A DNA stretch of 64,000 nt from Verrucomicrobiales bacterium (GCA_024233305.1 JACKPV010000028.1:93036-157035), one strand, 5' to 3'. Positions 26,827-36,954 are shown, counted from the first letter of the stretch. The notes: generated by a model from the sequence alone, not told the origin. Translations and numbers: made by a program.

Positions 26827-29800
26827 ATGACTATGAGCAGCACGACCGCAAGTTCCGTTTCCGCCGCCTCCGAGGGTGTCACGGCCCGCGCCGACCGGGC
26901 TCCGAAATACCCGGGAATCCCGCTCACCTGCAACGGCAACCAGTTGATCGCGACCCACGTCGAAGCGCGGATCACCGAGGGCGGCGTGTTTTACCCCATC
27001 ACCCCCTCGACCGAAGGCGGCGAGCTCTATCAACAGTCGTTCGCGAATGGGGTCCTGAACGTGTGGGGCCGGAACAAAGTAGCGATCGAGGCCGAAGGTG
27101 AACATGCGGCGCAAGGCGGGGCGACGGCGCTCGCGGTGGCGGGGCATCGCGTGGTGAATTTCACCTCTGGCCAGGGCATCGCCTATGCCATGGAGCAGTA
27201 TTACCACGCCCCCGGCAAGCTCTCGACGATGGTCCTCGAGGTGGGCGCCCGCGCCCTGACGAAGCACGCACTGAACGTCCACTGCGGACATGACGATTTC
27301 TACGGCGCGCTCGACACGGGTTGGACCATGCTGATCGGCCGGGACGCGCAGCAGGTGGCGGACCAGGCGTTGATTCTGCGCAAGGTCAACGAGTTGTCGC
27401 TCAATCCGGGGATGAACATCCAGGACGGCATGCTGACCACCCACTCCGAACGCACCTACCTCGCCCCCGAGGCCGAACTGCTCCGCGAGTTTCTCGGGGC
27501 GCCCGATGACGTGATCGATTGCCCCACATCCGCGCAACGCGAGTTGTTCGGCCCGCGGCGGCGGCGGGTACCGGCGATGATGGACCTGAAGGCGCCCCTG
27601 CTGCTTGGCCCGGTGCAGAACCAGGAGCACCACATGAACGGCGTGGTCGCCCGCCGCAACAACTTCAACGAGCACATCCTCCCGATGCTGGAAACCGCCT
27701 TCGAGGAGTTTGGCGACCTCACCGGCCGCCGTTATGGGCTGGTGACGGAATACAAGTGCGAGGACGCGGAGACGGTCTTTGTCTCGCTCGGTTGCGCGGC
27801 GGAGAACATCGAAGAGGCCTGCGATTACCTGCGCGAACAGCGCAACGCGAAAGTCGGTTCGATCCATATCAATGTCATCCGTCCGTTCCCCGAGGCGGCG
27901 GTCGTCAACGCGCTTCGCGGGAAAAAGAACGTCATCGTGCTCGAACGTACCGACGAGGGACTGGCCGGCGACAATCCCCTCGCGCGGGACATCCGCGTGG
28001 CGCTCGGCAAGGCGCAGGAAGCGGCGAAGTTCGGCGGCACGCTGCCGGGGCTGACACCCGAAGAAACGCCCCGTCTGTTCCGTGGCAGCTACGGCATCGG
28101 CTCCCGCGATTTCCGCCCCGAGCACACCCTCGGGGCCTACGAATTCGCCACCGGTCAGACCCGGCGCAAGGACGGACGGAGTGCCGCGGAAGGTGAAGCT
28201 TACTTCGTCCTCGGGGTGGACCATCCCTACTCGGTGATCAGCAAGGACACCCCTTCCCTGCTCCCGGCGGGCGCGATTGCCGTCCGTTTCCACTCGATCG
28301 GTGGCTGGGGCATGATCACCACCGGCAAGAACCTCGGGGAGATCATCGGCGACTTCGGACAGATCCTCGGCCAACGCCGGCCATTGGTGGACGCCGATGG
28401 CAATCCGAAGGAGCACCTGTACATCATGGCCAACCCGAAGTACGGGTCCGAGAAGAAGGGGGCTCCCACGAACTACTACCTCACCGTGGCCCCCGAGCGG
28501 ATCAAGGTGAACTGCGAGCTGAATCACGTGGACGTGGTGCTGTGCTGTGATCCGAAGGCCTTCACCCACACCAACCCGCTGGAAGGCTTGAACAAGGGAG
28601 GCAGCTTCGTCTGGGAATCGAGCGACACGCCCGAGGTGGCCTGGCAACGGATCCCCGCGAAGCACCGCCAGTTCGTCAAGGACCACGGGATCCGCGTGTT
28701 CATCCTCCCCGGTTTCGACATCGCCCGCAAAGCCACCGAGCGGCCCGATCTGCAGCTGCGCATGCAGGGCAACAGCTTCCTCGGCGCATTCTTCAAGGTC
28801 TCCCCCTTTCTCAAGGACTTCGGGATCAGCGAGGAGGAGTTCCACGAAACGGTACGGCACCAGTACCGCAAAAAGTTCGGACGCTTCGGAGACGCCGTCG
28901 TGGAATCGAACATGACCGTCATGACGGAGGGGTTCAGCCGGGTGCGCGAAATCGCCTACGGCGGGATGGAAGATCCGGACCGATCGAGCATGCGGAACCC
29001 GCCCCGGCTGCCGTTGGGAGCCGAGGGACTGCTCCCCACCGCGGGTTGCGGCACGGCCTGCGGAGGCGTTGCAGCGCCGGCCACCCAAACCCCAAGGTAC
29101 GCGGTGCAGTCGGTGGCCAAGTTCGATTCCGAGTTCCGCGCCGGCCTGGGCTACCATCAGCCTTCGGGCGCGTTCGCCTCGGTGGGCGTGATGGGAGCCG
29201 GCACGGGGGCCACGCAATCCAAATACGTCGCGCGCCGCGAAACGCCGGTCTACATCGCGGAAAACTGCACCCAATGCATGGCGTGCATCACCGCCTGCCC
29301 GGACACCGCGCTGCCCAACACGGCACAGGACGTCGCCACGGTACTCAAAACGGCCGTGCACTACTACGTCACCGATGTCGAAGAACGCCGGCAGCTCGCC
29401 GCCGAACTAAAGGGGATCGAGGAGCGCGCCCGCGCCCGCATGGTCGAGGGCGTCAAGAAGCGGGAGAACATTCCCTTCAAGAACATCATTCGCGACGAGG
29501 TGGACCGCCTCACCGCGGTGAGCGAGAGCGCGCGCGCCCAATTCAACGGCATCATCGAACAACTGCCCCTCGCCTACTCGAACGTCCCGGCGATCTTCCG
29601 TTCGCTGGAACAGAAGAACCCCGGCGCCGGCGGCCTTTTCCAGATCTACGTCAGCGACCTGTGCAAGGGCTGCGGGGAATGCGTGCAGGTCTGCGGCGAC
29701 CACGACGCATTGCGGATGGTGACCGAGACCGAGGAACTCAATGCGCGCCACACGACCGCGCAGATTTTCTCGCGCCTCCTGCCCGACACGCCGCAGAAGT

Positions 29801-31590
29801 TCCTGGGCCTTTACAACGACGACGATGCCGCGAACTCCCGCGAAGCCGCCCTGCGCAACCACCTGATGGTGCGGCGCAACTACGAGGCGCTGGTCAGCGG
29901 CGACGGCGCCTGCGCCGGTTGCGGTGAAAAATCCGTGCTCCGCGCGCTGGCCTCCGTCACCGAGGCCTACATGCGCCCCATGTATCACCGCAAGGCGGAC
30001 CGCCTCGGGGCCAAGGCCGACCGGATCGAGCAGGACGGCGTCGCCCGACTGGCGGCCCTCAAGCAACGCAACGCGGAGGAGTACGAGTTGTTCAAACGCG
30101 CGGTGGCCCACATCCTGATAGGGCTCGGCGGCGAGGATGACGCCGACACCGACCGGCGCCTTGCCGCCCGCGGCCCGATCGCTGACGACGAGGTCGTCAA
30201 GGCCCTGGTCGCTGTGCTGCGCCAGGATGCCTTCAACCACCGCGAACTCCAACCGGTCGAAAACCGGGCCGCCAATGGGATGTCGGTCATGATGATGGGC
30301 GCGAGCACGGGCTGCAACACGGTCTATGGCTCCACCCCGCCCTCGAATCCGCATCCGTATCCGTGGATGAACTCGCTCTTCCAGGATGGCGCGACGATCA
30401 GCTGGCTGCTGGGCGAATCCGTGATCATGAACCATGCGCGGCGGTCCGTGGCGCCCGAGCGCCTGGCAGACGCCCTGCTCACCCGGGAGGACGGGGTTAT
30501 CAACCGGCGCGAGTATTTCGATCTAACGCACCTTGACGACGCCTTGATGACCGAGCACGAAATCCGCGAACTCCCCAAAGTGTGGGTGGTGGGCGGCGAC
30601 GGCGCGCTCGGCGACATCGGCTTCCAGAATGTATCGAAGGTCGTTCTGCAGAACCGTCCGAACGTCAAGCTGCTCATGCTCGATACGCAGGTTTACTCGA
30701 ACACCGGCGGTCAAAACTCCGACAGCTCGACCATGCTCGGCGGCTACGACATGAACCAGTTCGGCACCGCGTCGCAGGGCAAGTTGATCGAAAAGAAAAG
30801 CGTCGCCGAGGCCTTCACCAGCGGGCACGGCTCGCCGTTTGTCGCCCAGGTGTCGATGGCAAACTCGGCGAAGCTCTACAAGGCCATGCTGGATGGCCTC
30901 GAGTACCGCGGCACCGCCTTCTTTCAGTGCTACACCACCTGCCAGCCCGAACATGGCGTCGGCGACAATATGAGCGCCGAACAGGCCAAGCTCGTGCGTG
31001 ACGCGCGCGGCATGCCGGAATTCGTGTTCAACCCGCAGCTCGGGGAGACCTCCCAGGAATCCCTGTCCTTAAAGGGCAACCCGTCCACGGAACGCGACTG
31101 GTGGCGGACGAAGTACAAGTCCACCGGCGAGGAATACGACTACACGGTGGCCCACTGGGCGATCACCGAAGGGCGGTTCCGCAAGCACCTCCGGGCCCTC
31201 AAGGCCGAGGAAGCCTCCGAGTTCATCCCGCTGGCGGATCTGCTGTTGCTCATCACCCAGGATGACGTCACGAAACGGCGCGTCTTCGACCGGAACCACC
31301 GCAGCTACGTCCCCGACTTCGGCGCTTTCATCCGGGCGGAGGTGAACGGGAAGATGAAGCACTTCGCGGTGAGCCGACAGATGGTGTTGTTCGCCGTCGA
31401 ACGCCGGAAAGCGTGGCGCATGCTGCAGAGCAAGGCGGGCTTGGTGAACCAGGATTACCTCGCCCAGAAGGCCCTGCTGGCCAAACTGGACCAAGGCGAA
31501 CTCCAGCTCGCCGACGTCCGGGCGGACATCCGGACGTTCTTCGACGCCGAACTGGCCGCGCTCACGTCCGCCGGCACCTCAGCCGCCTGA
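26827..31590 (+). CDS. Single-polypeptide pyruvate:ferredoxin/flavodoxin oxidoreductase-type 2-oxoacid oxidoreductase, unusually long (1587 aa)
   Basis: Domain order can be read from motifs. The POR_N domain has YPITPSTEGGE. The gamma-like domain has FHSIGGWGMITTGKNLG. The two ferredoxin cluster motifs are CTQCMACITACPD and CKGCGECVQVCGD. The TPP domain has GDGACAGCGEKS, GASTGCNTVYGS and GGDGALGDIGFQ...LDTQVYSNTGGQNS. Confidence 0.9.
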   Translation: MTMSSTTASSVSAASEGVTARADRAPKYPGIPLTCNGNQLIATHVEARITEGGVFYPITPSTEGGELYQQSFANGVLNVWGRNKVAIEAEGEHAAQGGATALAVAGHRVVNFTSGQGIAYAMEQYYHAPGKLSTMVLEVGARALTKHALNVHCGHDDFYGALDTGWTMLIGRDAQQVADQALILRKVNELSLNPGMNIQDGMLTTHSERTYLAPEAELLREFLGAPDDVIDCPTSAQRELFGPRRRRVPAMMDLKAPLLLGPVQNQEHHMNGVVARRNNFNEHILPMLETAFEEFGDLTGRRYGLVTEYKCEDAETVFVSLGCAAENIEEACDYLREQRNAKVGSIHINVIRPFPEAAVVNALRGKKNVIVLERTDEGLAGDNPLARDIRVALGKAQEAAKFGGTLPGLTPEETPRLFRGSYGIGSRDFRPEHTLGAYEFATGQTRRKDGRSAAEGEAYFVLGVDHPYSVISKDTPSLLPAGAIAVRFHSIGGWGMITTGKNLGEIIGDFGQILGQRRPLVDADGNPKEHLYIMANPKYGSEKKGAPTNYYLTVAPERIKVNCELNHVDVVLCCDPKAFTHTNPLEGLNKGGSFVWESSDTPEVAWQRIPAKHRQFVKDHGIRVFILPGFDIARKATERPDLQLRMQGNSFLGAFFKVSPFLKDFGISEEEFHETVRHQYRKKFGRFGDAVVESNMTVMTEGFSRVREIAYGGMEDPDRSSMRNPPRLPLGAEGLLPTAGCGTACGGVAAPATQTPRYAVQSVAKFDSEFRAGLGYHQPSGAFASVGVMGAGTGATQSKYVARRETPVYIAENCTQCMACITACPDTALPNTAQDVATVLKTAVHYYVTDVEERRQLAAELKGIEERARARMVEGVKKRENIPFKNIIRDEVDRLTAVSESARAQFNGIIEQLPLAYSNVPAIFRSLEQKNPGAGGLFQIYVSDLCKGCGECVQVCGDHDALRMVTETEELNARHTTAQIFSRLLPDTPQKFLGLYNDDDAANSREAALRNHLMVRRNYEALVSGDGACAGCGEKSVLRALASVTEAYMRPMYHRKADRLGAKADRIEQDGVARLAALKQRNAEEYELFKRAVAHILIGLGGEDDADTDRRLAARGPIADDEVVKALVAVLRQDAFNHRELQPVENRAANGMSVMMMGASTGCNTVYGSTPPSNPHPYPWMNSLFQDGATISWLLGESVIMNHARRSVAPERLADALLTREDGVINRREYFDLTHLDDALMTEHEIRELPKVWVVGGDGALGDIGFQNVSKVVLQNRPNVKLLMLDTQVYSNTGGQNSDSSTMLGGYDMNQFGTASQGKLIEKKSVAEAFTSGHGSPFVAQVSMANSAKLYKAMLDGLEYRGTAFFQCYTTCQPEHGVGDNMSAEQAKLVRDARGMPEFVFNPQLGETSQESLSLKGNPSTERDWWRTKYKSTGEEYDYTVAHWAITEGRFRKHLRALKAEEASEFIPLADLLLLITQDDVTKRRVFDRNHRSYVPDFGAFIRAEVNGKMKHFAVSRQMVLFAVERRKAWRMLQSKAGLVNQDYLAQKALLAKLDQGELQLADVRADIRTFFDAELAALTSAGTSAA

Positions 31591-31748
31591 CCGGGAACCC
31601 TGGCCGATCGGGATGCCGCGGGCGCCGGCGGCTGAGCGACGCGACGGGAAGCGGGCCTGTGAAAGCGTCACCGAGCGAGCCGAGCTGCGTCGGTGCGCCG
31701 GATCCGAGAAAACGCAGTTGGCGCTGGAGTCCACCGGTGAGGATCGTC

Positions 31749-31815
31749 GCGCCCCGATGGCAGGCCGCCGTTGCCTTGGTGAATCATGCGCCGACTACAC
31801 GTCGGCGGCTAAAGC
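31749..31815 (+). repeat. REP-like dispersed intergenic repeat, copy B (shorter)
   Basis: The sequence gatggcaggccgccgttgccttggtgaatcatgcgccgactacacgtcggcggcta shares the tgaatcatgcgccgac core. It has a perfect GCCGAC-N5-GTCGGC hairpin. It lies in the convergent spacer between the PFOR gene and tsaD. Confidence 0.6.
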
Positions 31816-31878
31816 GACGGCGAGCCCCCTTGCCCGGCATGGCACGACCGATCGAGGCGCTTGGGGCTCGGGAGTGGT

Positions 31879-32916
31879 TCAGGCGGAGGTTTGCTCGAGC
31901 GACCAGCCGGGATCGGACTCTTGCTCGGGAAAGGGCGTTTCGCGAGACGGCTGCAACCGTCGTTCTGCCAGCACGGCGACCATGGCCGCGTTGTCCGTGG
32001 CGAACTCGGGTCGGGCCAGGCGCAAACGAAGGCCGGCCTGCTCGCAGGCCCGGGCGAGTTCCCGCCGAAGGGCACGGTTGCAGGTCACTCCGCCGGAGGC
32101 CGTCACGCAGGGACGTCCGGTTTGCAGCGCTGCCCGGACTGTTTTTCGGACCAGCACCTCGACGATGGCCGCGCGCACGCTGGCACAGAAATCCCGCAGT
32201 CCCCGAGCGTCTTCGAGCAACTCCGGGTGGTCGCGGAGGCAATAGCGCACGGCGGTCTTGAGGCCGCTGAAACTGAAATCGTGGTGCGCTTCGTGCAGCA
32301 TCGGGCGCGGAAAGTGGTGCGCCTCGGGATTCCCCTCCTCCGCCAGCCGATCCAGCATCGGCCCGCCCGGATACGGCAGCCCGATCAGCTTCGCGGCCTT
32401 GTCGAAACACTCCCCGGCCGCGTCGTCGACCGTCCCGCCAAGGACCCGGTGCCGTCCTTCCTCGGGCAACTCGACCAGCATCGTATGGCCCCCGCTCACG
32501 ATGAGCGAGACGTTCGGCTCGAACTCCTCCCACAGCGCGCGCGGTGGATCGCCGTCGATCCAGGGGGAATACAGGTGGGCTTCGTGGTGATGGATGGCCA
32601 GGCAGGGCTTTTGCCAGACAAACGCCACGCTCTGGGCGAAACGCCAGCCCACCATGAGGGCGCTGGGCAGGCCGGGGCCGCGGGTCGCGGCGATACCGTC
32701 GATGTCCCCGGGGAGCAGGCCGGCTTCGGTGAGCGCCAGCCGCGCCAGGGGCAGGAGGTTCTGCAAGTGCGCGCGAGTGGCCAGCTCCGGCACGACACCT
32801 CCGTATTCCGCGTGGAGGCGGATTTGGGAGGAAACGAGGTTGCCCCGGATCAATCCGTCGTGAACGAGAGCCACGCTGGTCTCGTCGCACGAACTCTCGA
32901 TCCCCAGCACGATCAT
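31879..32916 (-). CDS. tsaD: tRNA N6-adenosine threonylcarbamoyltransferase
   Basis: The start is trimmed to the ATG at 32916. MIVLGIESSCDETSVALV, the HHHEAHL-type motif (AIHHHEAHLYSP), SGGHT and GVTCN are present. Confidence 0.9.
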   Translation of the reverse strand: MIVLGIESSCDETSVALVHDGLIRGNLVSSQIRLHAEYGGVVPELATRAHLQNLLPLARLALTEAGLLPGDIDGIAATRGPGLPSALMVGWRFAQSVAFVWQKPCLAIHHHEAHLYSPWIDGDPPRALWEEFEPNVSLIVSGGHTMLVELPEEGRHRVLGGTVDDAAGECFDKAAKLIGLPYPGGPMLDRLAEEGNPEAHHFPRPMLHEAHHDFSFSGLKTAVRYCLRDHPELLEDARGLRDFCASVRAAIVEVLVRKTVRAALQTGRPCVTASGGVTCNRALRRELARACEQAGLRLRLARPEFATDNAAMVAVLAERRLQPSRETPFPEQESDPGWSLEQTSA

Positions 32917-32944
32917 GGGCCGGCGATAACCCGCTGGCGTCCGG

Positions 32945-34264
32945 TCAACCCGCCGGCACGGGCTCGGTCGCGCCGGGTTCGTGGTCCGGTCGCCCGGTAA
33001 AGAGCACGATGCCGCGGAGCAGATCCCGTGCGCGTTCGAGTTGGATGTCGCGGAGGTCCTCGAACTGTTTGCGCTGGCCTTCCTCGAGCGTTTCCACCGC
33101 GCCGGGCACACGCCGCAGGGCGAGCAATCCGGCTTCCTCCGGGCTGATCTCGATGACGATGTCGGGCGTGATGCCGTGCTCGTGGATGACCTTGTGGCTG
33201 GGCGTGTAGTACTTCGCGGTGGTCAACCGGAGCGCCGCGCCGTCCTGTAGCGGGATGATGCTCTGGACGGAGCCCTTGCCGAAGGTGGTCTGTCCCACGA
33301 TCACGGCCCGCTTCAGGTCCTGAAGACAGCCGGCCACAATCTCGGACGCGCTGGCGCTGCCCCCGTTGACAAGCACGACCATCGGCAGATCAAGGTGCTT
33401 GCCGTTGCGGGACACCCGGAATTCCCGTTTCTCTCGCGGGTCCCGTCCTTCGGTCGTCACGACAATCGTGCCCGGCGCGACGAAACGGCCGCAAACGGCC
33501 GCCGCCTGGTCCAGCAACCCGCCGGGGTTGTCGCGCAGATCAAGGATCAACGCCTTCATGGCCGCCGCTTCCAGCCGGGCGAGTGCGGCGTCCAGTTCGC
33601 TCCTCGTCTGCCCCCCGAACTGGTTGATCCGGATGTAGCCGATCCCGTCCGGTCCGAGCGGGAATTCCCGCCGACCGTCGATGTCCCGGACCGTGTCCAC
33701 CTTGATGTCGCCCCGGGTCAGGGTGTGGTCGCGTGTCTCCCCGGAACTGGGCCGGAGGATCGTGATGGTCACCTGCGTGCCCGGTTCGCCCCGCAACACG
33801 TCGACCGCGTCGGTCAGCGACATCTTCTCAGTCGTCTTGCCCTCGATCTTGATGATCCGGTCCCCGGAGAGGATGCCGGCCTGGAAAGCGGGACTGTCCT
33901 CGATGGGCGCGATGACGGTCAACGCCCCGCCCCGCAACCCGACCTGGATTCCGATGCCACCGAACTTGCCCTCGGTGTCACTCTTCAAATCCTCGTATTT
34001 GCGCGGCTCGAGGAACTCGCTGTGCGGGTCCAGCGTGTTCAACATCCCGTGCAGGGCGCCATGAATCAGGTCCTGATAGGTCAGCTTGTCGCCGTCGACG
34101 TAGTCCTGCCAGACCCGTTCCAGCACCAGGGCGAACAGCCGCAGGTTGGCGTAAACATCGTTTCGGGCCGAGGCTTCCTCCGACCGCAGATAGACCTGGG
34201 CGCCGAAGAAGAGGTTGACGCCCAGCGCGGTGATGAGCGCCGAGTATGCGAGTCGCCTTTTCAT
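32945..34264 (-). CDS. ctp: S41-family C-terminal processing peptidase with PDZ domain
   Basis: N-terminal anchor MKRRLAYSALITALGVNLFFGA. PDZ segment AGILSGDRIIKIEG. Catalytic region LVNGGSASASEIVAGCLQD...GQTTFGKGSVQ. Confidence 0.85.
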   Translation of the reverse strand: MKRRLAYSALITALGVNLFFGAQVYLRSEEASARNDVYANLRLFALVLERVWQDYVDGDKLTYQDLIHGALHGMLNTLDPHSEFLEPRKYEDLKSDTEGKFGGIGIQVGLRGGALTVIAPIEDSPAFQAGILSGDRIIKIEGKTTEKMSLTDAVDVLRGEPGTQVTITILRPSSGETRDHTLTRGDIKVDTVRDIDGRREFPLGPDGIGYIRINQFGGQTRSELDAALARLEAAAMKALILDLRDNPGGLLDQAAAVCGRFVAPGTIVVTTEGRDPREKREFRVSRNGKHLDLPMVVLVNGGSASASEIVAGCLQDLKRAVIVGQTTFGKGSVQSIIPLQDGAALRLTTAKYYTPSHKVIHEHGITPDIVIEISPEEAGLLALRRVPGAVETLEEGQRKQFEDLRDIQLERARDLLRGIVLFTGRPDHEPGATEPVPAG

Positions 34265-34341
34265 GTCAGTGTGACCAGCCGATCATCGGGCAACCATAGT
34301 CGCGCGGAAGGGGCCGGGCAAGCGCGCCGGGCCGCGGTCGC

Positions 34342-35589
34342 CTACCAGACGAACCGGACCCGGCCCAGACGCTCGCGCAGTTCCGCCAGCACCCGCTGTT
34401 CCTCGGCCTCGCCGGCCGCTTCGAAGGTGACGCTGAACCGCAGATAAGGACCCGACTCATCCCACGGCACGGTGGACACGAGGCATTCGCTGATGAGCCA
34501 TTGCGAGACCTCCTCGGCATTGCGAAACGGGATCTCCCGACCGTCGGCGGCCACGGCCGCCCGCGGCGCGCGCGTGTAGAGGAAGAAGGAGCCCCGCGGC
34601 TTGCGCGCAGCGAAGCCGGCACCGCGCAACACCGCGACGAGCCCGTCCATTCGCCGGGAGTATTTGGCGGCGATTTGCTGCGTGATCTCGGGATGATCGA
34701 AGCAATAGGCCGCGGCGTGCTGGATCGCCAGAAATTGCCCCGAATCGGTGTTGTCCTTCACGTCACCGTAAGCCTTCACGAGCAGTGCATTGCCCGCCAC
34801 AAAACCGCAACGCCAGCCGGTCATGTTGAAGCTCTTGCTGCAGGAATGGAGTTCAACGCCAACCTCCTTCGCGCCCGGCGTGGCCAGGAAGCTCGAGGGC
34901 CGGCCGTCGAACACCAGCGCGGCATAGGCGGCGTCGCTGATCACCACCAGCGAGTTCGTGCGGGCGAAATGCACCACCCGCGCGTAAAACTCGGGGGTGG
35001 CGCTGCCTCCGGTCGGGTTGTTCGGGTAATTGATCACCAACACCTTGGCTTTCGCCCGAACGTCCGCCGGCACGGCGTCGAGATCGGGCAGAAAGCCGTT
35101 CTCCTCGCACAGCGGCAGGTTGTGCACCACGCCGCCATAGTAGCGGGCGTGAGTGCCGAAGACGGGATAGCCCGGAGTGGTCATGAGCACCACGTCCCCC
35201 GGATCGATGAACGCGGCGGGCAGGATGGACAACGCCGCCTTGCTGCCGATGGAGTGCAGCACCTCGGTGGCCGGATCGACGCCGGGCACCTCGCACACCC
35301 GCTCGAGGTACCGGGCGGCCGCCTGTTTCAGGACCTCGTCCCCGTTGTCGGCGTAACCGCGATTCGCCCGCTGCGGCGCCTCGGCGTGCAACGTGGCAAT
35401 GACCTCGGGGAACGCCATGTCGTCGGGTTCCCCCACCCCCATGTCGATGATGCGACCGCCCGGATTGGCGGCCAGGGCGGCCCGTTTCGCACGCTTGATC
35501 TTCTCGAACTTGTAGATGGCGGTGGACTTGCCGTAGTTCGACCCGCCGATGCGCTCGGCGAACAGTTGTTGCAGATACGATTCAGCCAT
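34342..35589 (-). CDS. Class I/II PLP-dependent aminotransferase, LL-diaminopimelate aminotransferase-like
   Basis: IDMGVGEPD, INYPNNPTG and the PLP-lysine motif SCSKSFNMTGWRCG are present. Assignment to DapL rather than another subfamily is inference. Confidence 0.65.
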   Translation of the reverse strand: MAESYLQQLFAERIGGSNYGKSTAIYKFEKIKRAKRAALAANPGGRIIDMGVGEPDDMAFPEVIATLHAEAPQRANRGYADNGDEVLKQAAARYLERVCEVPGVDPATEVLHSIGSKAALSILPAAFIDPGDVVLMTTPGYPVFGTHARYYGGVVHNLPLCEENGFLPDLDAVPADVRAKAKVLVINYPNNPTGGSATPEFYARVVHFARTNSLVVISDAAYAALVFDGRPSSFLATPGAKEVGVELHSCSKSFNMTGWRCGFVAGNALLVKAYGDVKDNTDSGQFLAIQHAAAYCFDHPEITQQIAAKYSRRMDGLVAVLRGAGFAARKPRGSFFLYTRAPRAAVAADGREIPFRNAEEVSQWLISECLVSTVPWDESGPYLRFSVTFEAAGEAEEQRVLAELRERLGRVRFVW

Positions 35590-35634
35590 GTGCGGCGAGC
35601 ACTCTACGCCGGTTCCAAAACCCGCGCCAGTGAG

Positions 35635-36555
35635 TTACTTCTTCGGACGGAAGCCCGGTGGCAGGCGGAACCCGCCGTCGTCGGTCGTTTCCTCCGCCGC
35701 CGCTTCCGGCGTCTCCCCGGACGTCTCTTCGGCCGCGTCCTCCGGCAGGCCCAGCCGCTTCCGGGCCTTGCGCGCCGCCTGGGTCTGCCCGTATTCGGTC
35801 ACGATGCGCCGCAACAGCACCTCGGCCTTCGCCGCCTGATTGAGGTGGTAGTAGAGGTTGCAGAGATGCACCGCCGCCCAGCCCCAACGCTCGGGATCGA
35901 GCCGGAACTTGAGAATCTCCTCGTGCTCGAGGGCCGCCGCCAACGGGTTGCCGAGGTCCTTCTCGTAAATCTCCGCAATCCGGAAGTGCGCGTGGACCCG
36001 CCGGGGATAGCGCTGTAAGTAGTCGCGCAGGGCATGCACGGCGCCGAGATGATCGCCGTTGGCCCAAAGTCGTTCCGCCTCCTCGTAGGCGCGGTCCGTC
36101 GTGTCCGGCACTGAATCCGCCGCCAGCAACCGGTTGGCCCGCCGCTCCACGAAGTGACTGATGTCGTAGGCCGCCAACAACGCCAACCCAAGCAGCGCCA
36201 CGAAACCGCCCGCCGCGTACAACCCGAGCGAATCCTCCCCCTGCTCCGCCGCCCGCACCGGCGCGGTCGACGCCGCCCCGGCCGCCGGACGGTTGGTATC
36301 ACCCACCGCGTTCGCAACCTCGTTGGTCACGGTCACCGCCCCCGTCTCGTTCGTGCCTTCGCCGGCGGGCGCCGCCGTCTCCGCCACCCCCGGAGCTGGC
36401 TGCTCGATGGCGCCCTCGGGACCGGAATCCCAGCGGTCAAAGCGCTGCCCGGCCCGGTCCATGCGCTCCTGATAGGCACCCAGGAAGTGCTTGACGCACA
36501 AGGCTCCCAGCGCGAGCAGCAGGACGTAGGCGAGGATTTTTAATGCCGTTTTCAT
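35635..36555 (-). CDS. Membrane-anchored TPR-like repeat protein
   Basis: An N-terminal TM (MKTALKILAYVLLLALGALCV) and a second TM (GGFVALLGLALLAAYDI) are followed by a C-terminal helical-repeat region (YEEAERLWANGDHLGAVHALRDYLQRYP...). Confidence 0.55.
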   Translation of the reverse strand: MKTALKILAYVLLLALGALCVKHFLGAYQERMDRAGQRFDRWDSGPEGAIEQPAPGVAETAAPAGEGTNETGAVTVTNEVANAVGDTNRPAAGAASTAPVRAAEQGEDSLGLYAAGGFVALLGLALLAAYDISHFVERRANRLLAADSVPDTTDRAYEEAERLWANGDHLGAVHALRDYLQRYPRRVHAHFRIAEIYEKDLGNPLAAALEHEEILKFRLDPERWGWAAVHLCNLYYHLNQAAKAEVLLRRIVTEYGQTQAARKARKRLGLPEDAAEETSGETPEAAAEETTDDGGFRLPPGFRPKK

Positions 36556-36830
36556 GCCTCAGGAAGGTCGACGTTAAGCCCATTCGCACCCCGGCGAGAA
36601 GCGTTTTCCCACCAGGGACGGTAACCGGTCGATGCGGAATCCAGGACGGTTACCCCGAGCATCCCCCAGGAATCCGGGAGGCCAAGCGGTATGCCAGTGG
36701 TCAATCGATGCGGGAACATCCGGGCTCCGGGACCGTAGCAGGAAGCGGAGACCGTCCGTTCGTCCCTCTTGAACTGGGAGACACGCGGGCGGTTTCGCCC
36801 GGTCGGAGCGCGCCATTCACTTCCCTCCCC

Positions 36831-36933
36831 GGCGGTTTCCCGTCGCGCCTGGCTGCAGGCGGCCGTATCCCCGCTGAATCATGCGCCGACTGCACGTCAG
36901 CGGCTACGGCCTGCTGAATGGTCACGGCTCAGG
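36831..36933 (+). repeat. REP-like dispersed intergenic repeat, copy C
   Basis: The sequence ggcggtttcccgtcgcgcctggctgcaggcggccgtatccccgctgaatcatgcgccgactgcacgtcagcggctacggcctgctgaatggtcacggctcagg lies between the K+ channel stop and the TPR gene start. Confidence 0.7.
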
Positions 36934-36954
36934 CGGGGTGCCTTCCGTACCGGG

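Noticed and set aside
26485-29361. 958-aa minus-strand ORF
   Set aside because: It is antisense to the PFOR gene, has no recognisable motifs, and has shadow-ORF composition.
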